This document shows, in pieces, positions 36,562 through 49,589 of a stretch of 64,000 bases of DNA; position 1 is the first letter of the stretch, and each line of letters starts with the position of its first letter. The notes below the pieces were generated by a model. The model ran no database searches, had not been told where the DNA came from, and saw only the letters and a program-made list of their open reading frames with translations. The translations under genes and the position numbers were made by a program. The DNA is from Callorhinchus milii (lineage: Eukaryota): assembly GCF_018977255.1 (NCBI RefSeq), contig NW_024704743.1, forward strand, positions 40,736,001 through 40,800,000, read 5' to 3'.

Positions 36562-38822
36562 TTGTATTCTCTCAAGTTTAGAAGATTGAGGGGTGATTTG
36601 ATAGAGTTTTTAGGATGATAAAGGGATTTGATAGGGTAGATGCAGAAAAGCTATTTCCTATGTTGGGGAACACAAAACAAGGGAGCAGAGTCCTAAAGTT
36701 AGAACCAGACCATTTAAGAGTGAAATTAGGAAGCATTTTTTCACTCAAAGGGTGATAGAAATCAGGAACTCTCTCCCCCGAAAGGTTGTGGATACTGGAT
36801 CCATCCACACCTTCAAGAAAGCGATTGACAGATTTTTGGTAGGTTGGGAAATTGGATTTGAAATTCTAGTAAAGATATTTAAGACGTTTAAGGAATAAGA
36901 ATGCCACGGGAAAGGTGGCCCAACTGTGGCTAACAAGAGCAGTTAGGGAAAGTATAAGTATAAAGTTAAAGGAAGAAGCGTATAAAACAGCTAAGATGAG
37001 TAGTAAACCTGAGGATTGGGAGAATTTTAGGGATCAACAAGGGAGAACCAAAAAAGTGATTAAGAGAGAGAAAATGGAATATGAGGGCAAACTAGCGAAG
37101 AACATAAAGACAGACTGCAAGAGTTTTTATAAATATATAAATAGGAAGAGGCTGTCGAGGGTAAATGTGGGTCCGCTACAGGCAGAGACGGGGGGAATTA
37201 TAGTAGGGGACAAAGACATGGCAGAGTCATTAAACAAGTACTTTGCTATTGTCTTCACCTTAGAAGACACTGAAAACCTACCAAGAATAGAGGGGAACCA
37301 AAAAGACAATGTTAGGGAGCAACTTGGAGGAATTATTATTAGTAAAGAAATGTTTTCAGGTAAATTTTCAGGTCTTAAAACTGATAAATCTCCTGGACCT
37401 GATGGCCTACATCCTAGGGTTTTAAAAGAGGTGGCTACTGAGATAGTGGATGGCTTGACTTTGATTTTCCAAAATTCTCTGGATTCTGGAACGGTTCCCA
37501 TTGATTGGAAGATTGCAAACGTAACACCACTATTTAAGAAGGGTGGGAGAGAAAAGATGGGGAACTATAGACCAGCTATACTGACATCAGTGGTAAGGAA
37601 AATTCTTCAGTCCTTAATTAAAGATGTTGTTATCGGATTCCTGGAAGATCATAACAAGATTAGGCAGAGTCAACATGGCTTTACAAAACAGAGAATAGGG
37701 ATAAACAGATCATTCTCGAATTGGCAGGATGTGACTAGTGGAGTGCCACAAGGATCAGTGCTTGGGCCTCAGCTATTTACAATTTACATCAATGATCTGG
37801 ACGAGGACACTGAATGTAATGTATCGAAATTCGCGGATGATACTAAACTAGGTGGGAGAGTAAGCTCTGAGGATGATGCAAAAAGATTGCAACGGGATAT
37901 AGATAGGCTAGGGGAGTGGGCGAGTAGGTGGCAGATGGAATTTAATGTGGGGAAGTGTGAAGTTATTCACCTAGGTAGAAAAAGTAGAAAAACAGATTCT
38001 TTTCTAGAGGGGTAGAGATTAGATAGTGTTAGTGTTTAAAGGGATTTGGATATCCTTGTACACCAGTCTCAAAAAGATAGTTTGCAGGTGCAGCAAGCAA
38101 CTAAGAAGGCGAACGGCATGTTAGCGTTCATTGCAAAAGGTTTAGAGTGCAAGAGTAGAGAAGTCTTGCTGCAACTGTATAGGGCCCTGGTGAGACCGCA
38201 CCTAGAGTATTGTGTACAGTTTTGGTCTCCTTATTTGAAAAAGGACATACTTGCCCTAGAGGGGGTGCAGCGTAGATTCACTAGGTTAGTTCCTGGAATG
38301 AGGGGACTGACCTATGAGGATAGGCTGAATAAACTAGAGCTGTATTCTCTAGAGTACAGAAGAATTAGGGGAGATCTCATTGAAACATATAAGATTCTTT
38401 AAGGGCTGGATACAGTAGACACTGAGGGTGTGTTTTCCCCTGGTAGGAGAACTATAACCAGGGCTCACAGTCTTAAAATTAAGGGTCAGCCTTTTAGAAC
38501 AGAGTTGAGGAAACATTTCTTCACTCAGAGGGTAGTGAATTTATGGAATTCACTACCCCAGAAGGCTGTAGATGCTCAGTCCTTGAACATCTTCAAGGCT
38601 GAGACTGATAGATTTTTTAAAAATAGAGAGATTAGGGGATATGGGGATAGGGCAGGTAATTAGAGTTGGGTCTGAAGATCAGCCATGATCTTATTGAATG
38701 GCAGGGCAAGCTCGAGGGGCCGAATGGCCTACTCCTGCTCCTAATTCTTATGTTCTTATAATCTAATTAAATGGCGGAACAGGCTTGACGGGCTGAATGG
38801 CCTACTCCTGTTCCTGTGTTCC
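36562..38822 (+). mobile_element. Older CR1 3' end (36562-36850 and 38761-38822), host of a younger CR1
   Basis: agattgaggggtgatttgatagag..; tail ggctgaatggcctactcctgttcctgtgttcct resumes at 38761. Confidence 0.75.
36855..38760 (+). pseudogene. Young 5'-truncated CR1 ORF2 (RT) with in-frame internal deletion and stops
   Basis: KSPGPDGLHPRVLKE, GNYRP, SGVPQGSVLGP, FADDTKL, LYRALVRPHLEYCVQFWSP; tail ttcttatgttcttat. Confidence 0.95.
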
Positions 38823-39029
38823 TCCCTGATCCCAACCGACCAGCTTGGGTCCAAATTATTGATTGTCCAGTCCCTTGGGAGACATCCTCCCATTGTGAAG
38901 GGTGGAATGCAAAAGATCCACTATAGTTGCAGTTTTTGATAAAATATATGATAGCATTTATTGAGAAGATATATTGAAATGTTTTTTGGAAATTGAGAAA
39001 TAATTGCTTGGATTAAAGTTTTAATGTTT

Positions 39030-39740
39030 AATTAAAACAGTATTCCCATAACTGGCACAAAAGTACTGGGATTTGTGTGGCAGCAGGTATAAACTGTCTC
39101 AATGACTGCAAGACACAGATTTGGATGCAACTACTGTATCTGAACTAAGTAGGTGGATTTTCACCCATAGCCAGTTACCACCAGTGATAATCATTACGTC
39201 AGAGACTGCATTTAACACCCCAATGGTGCATATTAAGGTTTTGAAATTTTTCCAGGTCTGTATAATAGGAACTTTTCTTGTGTTGGGCTATTAAGTGCAA
39301 CATATAAGATTGGTGGTCGGTTACGATTAAATGAACTCTGTAAATCTTTTCTTTCTTGCTCTGTTATTATGTCATTAATAATGACTCTTGCAACCTGCTT
39401 CACTGATCTCTCATCAATTCTCTCCAGTTGGTTTAGGTTTTTACTCTTGCTGCTGCATTTCATCCGGCTTCTTGTTACCTAACAGTAACTTTCTATTTTT
39501 TAAGACATTGTCCAGCTGTTCCAACCTCTGCTTCACTTACTGTCAGTTAGGTTATAATTTTCTTCCAATTGAAGGGCCATAACTTCATTCGTCAATACAT
39601 TCTCACAAAGATCATATTTATAATGTTGCAGTGTAGTTCTATATTGCATGAATGATCTGTAGCTCCTATGAGGGTTTGCTTTTATATGTTGTTCTACGTA
39701 TGCATCTTCAGTACTTACAGCAATAATTCATCACAGAATA
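39030..39740 (-). pseudogene. Gypsy-like gag-protease relic
   Basis: RSFMQYRTTLQHYKYDL (gag), coiled-coil VKQRLEQLDNVLK, NRPPI(C)Y.C knuckle remnant, GVLNAVSDVMII (LLDTGSDVTII-like), FVPVMG. Confidence 0.4.
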
Positions 39741-39984
39741 GATTTATTGCCCTGAGACCTCAGCATTATGTGTTCCTGTTGCATGCACTAGTTCAAATGG
39801 GTATGTGTTGTCTAATGTGTCAAAGTAATAAACCAGTTCCTTATTCTGATGTTGAAATGCTATACTTTGTCCTTTATTTTCCCACCAATCCAAAGCTCAC
39901 AACATCCCATATTTACATCATTTATAAAAGTGCATTTATATCATGAGAAAAAAAGATTTTCGCTGTTAACCTCTAACTTGTTTC

Positions 39985-40520
39985 AGGTTGAGCTGATTGT
40001 GGAGCAAAGGGATTTGTGAGTGCAGGTACCTAAGTCATTGCAAGCAGTTGTAAAGAAAGCTCATAGTATGCTGGGTTTTATACACAGGGTCAACAAAAAC
40101 AAAGTGAAAATGCTAAATATGCACAAACCATGTGTTCGGCTGCAACTGGAGAACTGTGTCCAATTTGGGGCACCTACTTCAGGAAAGATGTAATGGCCTT
40201 AGAGGGATTGCAGAGGAGATTTATTAGAATGATTTGGGGGATGAAGCACTACAGTAATGAGGAAAGTTTGGAAATGCTGGATCTATTTTCAAGGAGCAGA
40301 GAAGGTTAAGGGGAGACCTAATAAAGGTGCACACAATTATGAGGAGTGTTGACAGGGTAAATAGGAAGAAATCATTTCCATTGATGGGGCTGGGGGGATG
40401 TGGAATCAGTGACTGGGTTACATAGCTATAAGATAGAATAGCAAAAAAAGAATTTAGGAAGAATATTTTTCACACAGAGAATTGTTGGGAGGGGTAATTT
40501 AAAATTTAAATAACCTTCAA
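39985..40520 (+). mobile_element. Old CR1 ORF2 3' part
   Basis: caactggagaactgtgtccaatttggg; gcagaggagatttattagaatgat. Confidence 0.8.
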
Positions 40521-40673
40521 GCAGCAGACAGATCTTCTCTATCAGATGAATATCATATCTACAAAATACATACCTCTACAATTTATTGTATATCGTGCAA
40601 CAAACTCCTGACGTAAAAGGTATTATACCAAATGTAATGATTATTATGATCAAATCAGAAGTATGAGGGCATT

Positions 40674-41170
40674 GGACGATGTTGGGAGGTAGGGGCAGAA
40701 CAGGTCATGGCACAGATATGGGGGAGAAAGAACAGATGCCCAGGTTCCTAACTGGCTCAATGAGATGGTGTGTGCATCCATGCATGGTGATGGTGCCAGT
40801 GCCTGAGGTGTGAAGGCATTGACAGGAGCCAATCAGGAGGTCCTCGGTCTTGTTGACGTTCAACTGGAGAAAGTTAGCTCTCATTCAGGACTTGATGTCT
40901 GACAGACAATCTCAGTTAAATATGAGAAAAAAAATATTTGACTTTCCGCTTTGAAAAACATATAAAAATAAATGATCTGTAGTTGCTCATCTCCGTAGTT
41001 GCTGTAAATTTGTGGGGAGATTTTGCAATAGTCCGGCATTCTGTCAGGACAGCAGTGGTCTTGGAGTCAAGGGTGGAGGCAGAGAGATAGAGTTGGGTGC
41101 CAACTGCTTACATGTGGAAGTTGACCCCATGTCTGCAGATGATGTCACTAAGAGAGAGCATATACATCAA
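40674..41170 (-). mobile_element. 5' half of the L2 whose 3' half starts at 35174
   Basis: Similar to 51370-51720; the minus reading ends at caacatcgtcc, exactly where 35174 ggctgcgccac continues. Confidence 0.75.
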
Positions 41171-41349
41171 GGAAATTAGGTACATTAAATGCTTTTAAAT
41201 CAGCTATTCACCAGGGTCCATGTCTAATGTAAAACTGGTGGAATGATCAATAGTGATAGTTGAATCACTGAGAATTGTTTTGTGTTTTTCAGTATACTTA
41301 CATTTAAATAATAATTTAGAAAGTAATCATTGGCTTAATAACCATGCTC

Positions 41350-41640
41350 GATTTGAAAATGCTTTGATCCACAATATTGCTTGCTTGATGCCCATGCATG
41401 AACAGTGCATAGAATTAAATGCTTTTTATGACAGCGGAATGGCTACAGTCATTGAAGTAATAGATGCCGTAATAAACTCAACATGATTACTACAGTGTTG
41501 GTGCTTGTGTTGAACATGTACATTACCTGTACTATTTCTTTACTTCCCTGTCATCTTATCATGGGCTTTCACCTTTGGAATTGTTCTCCATGTATTTACA
41601 ATTGTGTACGATGCAAGGGACATGAAACAGTGCACATTTG
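41350..41640 (+). pseudogene. PIF/Harbinger transposase relic
   Basis: ENAL..IACLMP..AFYDSGMATVIEVIDA (F..G.P.VIG.ID), MGFHLWN, IVYDA. Confidence 0.5.
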
Positions 41641-44337
41641 CACATTTATATTACAAGTAAACGATGAATCTATGCATGTCATGTGTTTGGCAATAAAAAT
41701 ACATCTGCCCTTCACTTGTCACATACAATAACTATGCAATTGTAACATTTATTATCCATAAATGTGACTCTTGGCTTTCCTCCCTCTCTATCACTCATGT
41801 CTATTCAAGTAAGGTGATGACATGCAAAACACCAAAGCCATATACACAAAAGTTGCTATATTTACATGGTTCTCATTAGATGTAATTGTCTTCCCATCAA
41901 AACTACAATGGGTAAAGGATTTGAGGAATAATAACCTGTTTATTTACAATGTGTGAAGAAGACATTCCATAAGGCTAATTACTATTAGCACATGTTTTAT
42001 TGTTTTTTAAGTCTCAGATTTATTGACAGTTTATTTGTGTACAACATTGAGCTGAATACTAACCCAAGACACCACAGAAACGAAAAATCACACGGTGAAA
42101 ATGTGGAACTCAATGTCAGACTTATTACTTGGCAACAAAGTGCAATCTAAAGCTGTCTTTACCTGCCTCATCTTTGAATGTAAACTTTTCCCCCTCGACA
42201 ATCCCTCCCCTGAAATTGGCACAATAGTTTGGTCCAAAGCCACAAACAGTCTCCAAATGATACAACCTTTGTTTCTTGCTACCTATGATCCAAGCCTTGA
42301 AGGATTTGAGGGAAGGGGGAGAGGCGGAGGGATAATCATCGTGGAAAATAATAAAATACCATTTTCTTATGGTTGGAGGAGCCAAATTCCTTGAAGAAAA
42401 GATTATTAAGAGTATGATTAAATAATCCTGACTGGCTTTTACCACCAGTGGAAAATAATTGTTTGGACAGTGAGTTTTCAAAACTACGCCTACATCATTT
42501 CATCTTTTGAAAGCTTAATAGAGGTTATCATTCAATGCCAAAATAGTTAATCTTCAGTTTAAACTATTAGTATGTAATGAACCTGTCATGTAACATTTTT
42601 GTACATTCAGTGCGTTTAACAGTTTTGCATTAAAATGGATTTGAATAGGGTTCAATAACTCACACTTTGTAAGATTTTTTTTCCCCTGAGATTAAAGCAT
42701 TCGTGAAAATATTGCAATTACTTATCATTGACTATAGCAGTGTAGGACTTTTGAATGATCTTTGATAACTTTAAACTATATACAATCATTATATGATGGC
42801 AGGCAGCTTATTTCAAGATTTAATTGCAAAATGGAAATACCACTGTGAACTAATGCTACATTTTAGAAGCAAACAGACTCGGATGAAGTTCCAAAAAATG
42901 TTTTATTCATTAATTATTTGCTGCAAATCATTTTCTTTCCTGGCATTTTTTGTTTCAGTCAACTGATTATTTTTCACCGGTCATCTGACCCTTGCTTGGA
43001 TTTCAGTATTTTTGTTTACTGTGTTTGTATGTAAATGTAATCTAGGTTCTTTGTATCTCACTTGAAGCTTGTGAAATTGTTTGATTTTCGATCATCAGCT
43101 CCTGTTTTCTCTTCTACAAAATATGTTTTTAATTAAAATATACTCTTTTTAAATTAAGTTCCTGTTTTTATTAAAATCAAGTCATTTTAGTCATTCTCTT
43201 TTCTTCACTGCAAACAGACATGGCAGAGAATAGAGGTTAAGTACTCATTTTGTGATGTAAAGTGGTGGGATTTGCATTATTCCATTGTCATTGAATGGCT
43301 TAAACTTTCCATAGGCAGCAAATTACGTTCCAAATATGTGAAAAATAGCACAATCTTGCTTGAGTAGTAATTACCAATCAAATGGCTCCACACAGGAATA
43401 ATTCTGTCTGTGGTCATTAAAAAAGAAAAGGGCTTGAATATTTATAAGTTAACAAGTTCAGACTGAGTGCATCCTAAAATACTTAAGCAAATGAGAGCCA
43501 AAGCAGGGAAGATGCAGCTGATTTTTTCGACATCTTATTAAACACAGGGGTATTATCACTTAGTGGGAAAATAACTAATACTGTTCCTTTTTTAAAAATA
43601 AAACTAAGATCCTGGAAATTATGTACCAGTTAGCTTCATATTTGCAGTAGGAATAATATTGAAGTCATATTAAGGAATTAATTCCAGCACATTAAGCAAG
43701 AGTGTACGCAATTATTCCAAATCAACACAGAATTCTTAAAACTTGTCATGCCCAACAAATTGATTTCAAATTTGCAACAACATCATTCTGCTAATTGCAC
43801 CTAGTTTGGACGACTGCTACTTCACCCCTTCCTTCACCACAATCCCCTCTGGATATCCTAACTAGTGATAAATATCAAGTTGCCAAAAAATGCAAATTTT
43901 TGCTGTCGCTAACTTTGGACAGGATTGAGAGGGAACATTTCCCACCTCAATTACAATTTCAGCCTCCATCAGATTGTCCTGTAAATCACAAGCTGCTTTT
44001 CAATACAATATATTATTTTAAAACATAGCATTAAATGTGTTTTGGGGGGGAGCGGGAGATAGGAATAGATGATTGAGGTATAAGAACCGAGAATACCCTG
44101 GAATTTTGGTTTGAATATGTTTGAGAAGGCTTCATCTCTTTAGGATTAATTTTCCCCTTCCTTGAGGAATAAATGGTCGAAAGGAATCAATGGTGGGGAG
44201 GAGTTGTGTTAGAATTGGTGGAAGGAGCAGATCATTGATCAGGAGTTACATGAACAAACCCTTCTACTTATTTGATCTTCCTGTAGTCTTCCTATTACTG
44301 CAAAGGGGTGTTTCATAAATGAGTCTTATGTCCTGCA

Positions 44338-44574
44338 GGAGAAATTCCATCTGAGTCTAAACTCACACTAATTTCTCAGCATTTCACATGTGAAGAATTT
44401 GGCAAATTCTTCAATGCAACATTAATTTTGAAGCCAGTTTTCTATATGTTCCTTTAACAAAGAACACTGAAAAGTGGCTTCAAAATTAAAACTAAATTTA
44501 GGAATTTGACAAATTCTATGCGGTCTGCAAAGTTACGAAAGTAGTGTAAGTTTAGACCGAGGTGAAATTTCTCC
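44338..44574. mobile_element. Complete hairpin MITE (~105-bp arms)
   Basis: ggagaaattccatctgagtctaaactcacacta... pairs with ...tagtgtaagtttagaccgaggtgaaatttctcc; inner ttaattttgaagcca/tggcttcaaaattaa. Confidence 0.8.
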
Positions 44575-44719
44575 TACTGTTCTCTCCTATCCATACTGGT
44601 AAGTCATTCATTCATTAACCTATTACTGTCTATATAAAGCTTGAATGCCATTTTAGCTTGCTGTGCCGTTCTGTTTTTCAATGTTCTTATATTGCATTTT
44701 CACAATTCCAGGGGTCAGG

Positions 44720-45250
44720 GTACAAAATCTAGGAAACAATTGCTGTACTGTCACATCAATACCCTTGAAAAGATTGTAGGTCACAGAAAATGCTAAGGAT
44801 TCAAAGATTCTGCAGCAACCACCTGGAGCAGTGAATTAATCGACTGTGCAACTGTCACCTCTGAATGCAACTCAGAAGAACATTGGAGGAGACGTCAGGG
44901 ATCATAGGTCAGCATCTGAGATCATCCAGGGCCCTAGGAAAAAATATGGCTGAGCACAGAATTTGTTGCTTGAATGAAGAATAAAAAGATAGCCAAAGAA
45001 GACATCATGGGGAAGGCAGGGCATCCTTAAAGAAAGAGAATGCCCAAACGGACCTTCCACAGAGGAGTACAACAAGCAGAAAAGAGAGCAAATGCAGGTC
45101 TGGATTCAGTAATAAGCACTCTGTGTCACTACCTTGCATGAGGGGTGCTATATACATGCAAATCTTCGTTGTTATTATCATTGCGAATCCCATGATTATA
45201 GGACAACAAAAAGAAGGCTGAAGAAAAAGTATTGAAATTAAAGCAAACAA
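44720..45250 (+). mobile_element. Decayed RTE-clade LINE C-terminal region
   Basis: RLCNCHL*MQLRRTL (FH..CLRRIL) and RMPKRTFHRGVQQAEKRANAG (RLPK..L..GKR..G). Confidence 0.45.
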
Positions 45251-46934
45251 GGGAGAGAAAATATTCTGGATAGAGTAAAAAATGTAACAGTGAAGCAAAG
45301 AGAAGAGATTAGCAAAATTGAAGGAAACTCACATTGTTTTACATTTCTGTATAGAACAACAACAATTTGCATTATACAATGTCCTTCACATCGGATAACA
45401 TGTTGGAATGTCCCACAGGCAAGGTGTCAAACACCAAGCAAAGCAGGAGGAGAAGGGTAGGTGACTGTAAGCTTGGTTGAAGAGGTAGGTTTTCAAGTGT
45501 ATTTTAATAGAAGAGCAATCTGGAGGGATAGAAGGAAAAAAGTTCCAAAGGGAATGAGTCTAGTTGATGAAGGCTCGGAAACTGATATTGGGGCAGAGGG
45601 GGCAAGGAATGTACAATACGCCTGCGTCTGAGTGACATAAATGACCTCTCTATCTTCTTTAGAAAGTCTATCTCTTTTTCCAAATATCTTTCCATTTGTT
45701 GCAATATTTAAACTTCAAGACTGACATTGCATCACCAAATTGCTCACCACTAAATATGCAGTAAAAATGTGTTATCCTTCAAGAGCTGAAACTTTAGGGG
45801 CAGTGTTAGTTGTTCCCTCACGGTATAAACTCATTGGATGTGAATTGCATTGGCTTGATCTACAAAGCCTGTTAGCTCCCTGACTATCCAAGGGAACTTT
45901 GGACAAACTGCTGTGGGATGTGAAGACTACACCACACAACTGGCACTATCTACTCTTTGATAAATTAGTAACACAAATAGGAAGGCACACAAGCATAGAA
46001 TAAATAGTGTGTTTGTTTGTATTCCAGTCCTGACTGAAAGTGAATGGGTGAGCGGCTTACTTCCCCTCACTATACTACTTTTGAACAAAGTGAAACAAAG
46101 GGTTTGGTCCCATCCTCGCTTTTTAAAAAAATATATATCATTTTGGTTGCCAATTAGTGAGTGTGGCTTTATTTTCCGATCATGGAGAACGTTTGATGAA
46201 CCACTTTACTGGATACCAATTGATTGGAATCAGTCTCCTATCTTTAGCTTCCCTCAAATGCTGATTTTCGTAACCGGGAACAGTAATGAAGCAAAGATAT
46301 TGTCAGGTCCAACAGTATTGCTGAGGCTGGGGGGAGGGGGGAGGTGAAAGTTTCTCCATCATCTTTCCTGTATTCCTGCATATCATTTACTTATACTCAA
46401 GTCAATAATGTCATTATTTCCCCTCCAGCACCTACTTTTTATTCCAAACGTTTATTCCTAATGTTTCTTGAATTAGTATTGAATCATTAAAGCTTATTCC
46501 TCAATGCCTTCCTTTCCCTACTTGATCATTTTGTAACTTCTTTCTTTGCCCTGAAAACCATCATTTCTTCATACTTCATTAACTTCTGATCATTAGTATT
46601 CACCAAAGTAATGGTCCCTGTGCCCTCTAAATCTAATTTAAATGAATCTTAATTACAACACAACAATTTTCCTCCCCATTTGGTTATGTGTTTGCTGCAC
46701 AACCTCATTCTCCCTAAAAGAAAATCCTCATTTAGGTATAAAGTCACCTCCTCTTATGCACCACTCTAGCTACCAATTATTCAAGTGAATATTTTGCATT
46801 TGTTCTGCATTTGACCTGCAATTGCTTCATGTTGCCAACAGAGGCAAAACATTAAATAAAAGCAATGTATTTACTGTTATTCTAATCGTAATCATTTAGT
46901 CTGATATTATTGTGCCATTTATATTGGGAGAACG

Positions 46935-47760
46935 TTTCAAAGCACTTTAGGATTTACGATTGAGTGCAATGATGTATATTTTGTATGTGAGCACATCAGC
47001 TAATTTGTGTACAGCAATATACTACAACAGCCATGAAGTTAATGAATAATGTTAGCTGAGGCAAGGACAAACTCTCTCCTCTTTTCATAGAGTACAGTGA
47101 AATTTTAATATGCACCTGACCAGGGAAATAGGACTTCAATTTAAACAACAATAACAAATTACACGTGTCTAGAATATTTTACGTCCGGAGAATGTCCGAG
47201 ATGCTGGAAGGTCAAGGATTTGGACCTGGAGGTTGAGATCAGGAAGGTTGGAGGGCAGGTAGTGTGGGGGTAGGAAGGTGGCCTCAGGCAAGGTCGTAGA
47301 GGAGAGTCTTGAGACGGGTCTTGAAGGAGGCAAAGGAGGGGGCAAGGACTGTGGGATGGAGTTCCAGTGGGTGGGGGCAGAAAGGATGAAAGCCTAACCA
47401 CCAATAGTGGGGCGGGTGACATGGAGCAGGCCGGAGCATGCTGAGCGGAAGATGGGGACAGATCGGTTTGGAGTTAGCACGTCACAGAGGTAGGGAGGAG
47501 CAAGGATGTGGAGGGCTTCGAAAGCAAGAACAAGGATTTTGAACTCTATCCTCTGGGGGATGGACAGCCAATGGAGCCTGTCGAGGATGGGGTGACAGGT
47601 TAACATCTCATCTAAAGGTCAGCACCTCCGACAATGCAGTACTTCCCCTAGGATTGGAATTTGTCAACCTAGACTATGTGAGTTTAAACTTCTGAATTGG
47701 GACTTAAACTCAGAACCTTTATACTCAGAGGTGAAAGTGCTACCATCTGAGCCAGGCTGA
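46935..47760 (-). mobile_element. Deu-domain SINE interrupted by an L2 (47145-47600)
   Basis: Deu core splits at tttaaac|aacaat and resumes at ttaacatctcatc (47600); the L2 translates LHWLSIPQRIEFKILVL. Confidence 0.75.
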
Positions 47761-48501
47761 TATCTGAACATTCAGATGTTTCACCATGATGACTAAACTT
47801 GGGAATTTAAAAAAAATGAAAAATGTGAAATTGCATTCTAACAGACAATAATAAATATCGTCAAAGTTGTCAAATCTGTTACAAAGTATCAATGTTATCA
47901 TCCATTCTTAAAGACTTACCATGGAACTGAAGAGATCAGTATTCCACAATGTCAATTAGAATTCAGGTTCAACTGGAAGTGAATAAGTATTGAATAAATG
48001 TTCAGTTCACCCGAAGGACAGTGTCCACTCAATAAAAGCCCTGGTGGCTTTCAATTATTTTTGTGCTGAGTTCTGATAATATTTTTTCCGGGATTTTTCA
48101 CAGGGTCATGTTATTTCAAATCAATTCAACTATGAAACTGAAACTTCAACCCTTCAATCCTTCAAATTAAAACCAATACCGCAAAATGCCCCATAAAGCA
48201 GATGAAGAATCTGTCTGAGACATAAACAAATAATTTATTCAAACAACTAACAAAAATGTTGCAACCGACAGCATTATTGTAACATGCGGTAATCTATTCT
48301 TTAATAAAACATTTTAATCTTTGGATTTAACTTGAATTTATTTTGTTTTTCTCTACCCATCAAAGCCCACATAGGGCATATACAGTAAACTACAGGTAAC
48401 TCTGGCTTTACTTGCCACCACTACTTAAGTCATCATGCTGTCAATATCCCGGTCGCATTAATTTATGTATTTATATATGTGCTTAACTTGCCACTCTGGG
48501 T

Positions 48502-48817
48502 AATAATAATAATAATCCTTGCATTTGCTATAGCACTTTTCACGTCGGGAGGACATGCAAAAGCGCTTCAAAGAACAAACTGTAAAGTGAATTGACTGCA
48601 TATTTGTGGGTGAACGCGGCAGGCAATTGCGCACAGCAATGTCCCACAAACAGTCGTAGATTGAAAATGACCAATTTATTATTGTTTTTGGTTTTGGAGG
48701 GATTATTATTAGGCGTGTGGAGTAAGGAAACTTGCCCAAGGTTTCGCCCTGTCTGGAATTGAACTCAGGTCTCTCGCTTGCAAAGCGAGTGCTCTAACCA
48801 CTGAGCTACAGGACTCC
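48502..48817 (-). mobile_element. Full-length young tRNA-Ala SINE with reiterated 5' terminus
   Basis: Near-identical to the family; extra acaggagtcc/acaggactcc at 48823-48842. Confidence 0.93.
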
Positions 48818-49589
48818 ACATTACAGGAGTCCACAGGACTCCATTGAATTAGTGTCGAACACTGATCTCTGTATATTGTTCAGTTATTAAAGGTAATTTT
48901 TAAAGAAAGAAAGCAAACTCAAGTGCTGCATCAAAAAAATATTTGGGATCAGGCAAGGCTAAAAATAGAGGCAAAAGTCAAACCAGAAAAAATAAAATTA
49001 ATTCCTGAGACAATCTCCAGTAATTCCACAAAGAGCGCTTTTCCCTTGCAGTGACAAGTATCAGGATTTTACAAATTACATTTACAAAATTACAAATTAC
49101 ATTTTTTTTTACAAATTTATAATTTGTCTCCTTTTTAAACAAAATAAAAATGTTTAGCTGATCTCCAACTTTTAATCTCCTACATCCCTCGTACTCTCTC
49201 ATCATCAAAATTTTACCTGGCACAGCAAAAAAATTTCTAGCTCTTGGTTTGCTTCAGTTAATTAAAAGACTGCTTACGACCCACATTGATCCACCACAAA
49301 TATTGCTGCAACAATATTTAAATGCTGAAATGCATCCTTTACTGCTCACATGCCATGTCATAAATGTACAAATGTATTTATGGCTTGGAAAGGAATATTG
49401 CACTTCCATTTTCCATCCTTAAAACACATATTCTTGGACTGATACACAACTGACAAGTGAAATACTGCATAGTCTTAAATTTAAGACCAGCATAGGATTT
49501 GGAAAATAATAATTTAATTCAGTTTTAATATGGAAGCCTGTTTCCACTTTTCCCTCAAGTGTTGTGATTGGGAAATAAACAATACAACA

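Larger units (their letters stand above)
35174..38910 (+). mobile_element. 3' half of an L2, interrupted by a solo LTR and nested CR1s
   Basis: FTSRLDYANTLL..LHWLPIPQRIQFKILIL..IGSRAFS. Resumes at 36434 and again at 38821 with the L2 3' tail. Confidence 0.88.

Noticed and set aside
36915..38015. Functional 366-aa gene
   Set aside because: 5'-truncated CR1 ORF2 lacking a catalytic RT segment, with downstream stops.
41369..41384. Inverted 15-mer shared with ~53266-53280 as evidence of a repeat family
   Set aside because: Both regions read as plus-strand transposase relics at different positions; the match is probably coincidental.
45925..45950. LF-SINE fragment (cacaactggcacta)
   Set aside because: The match is too short to support.
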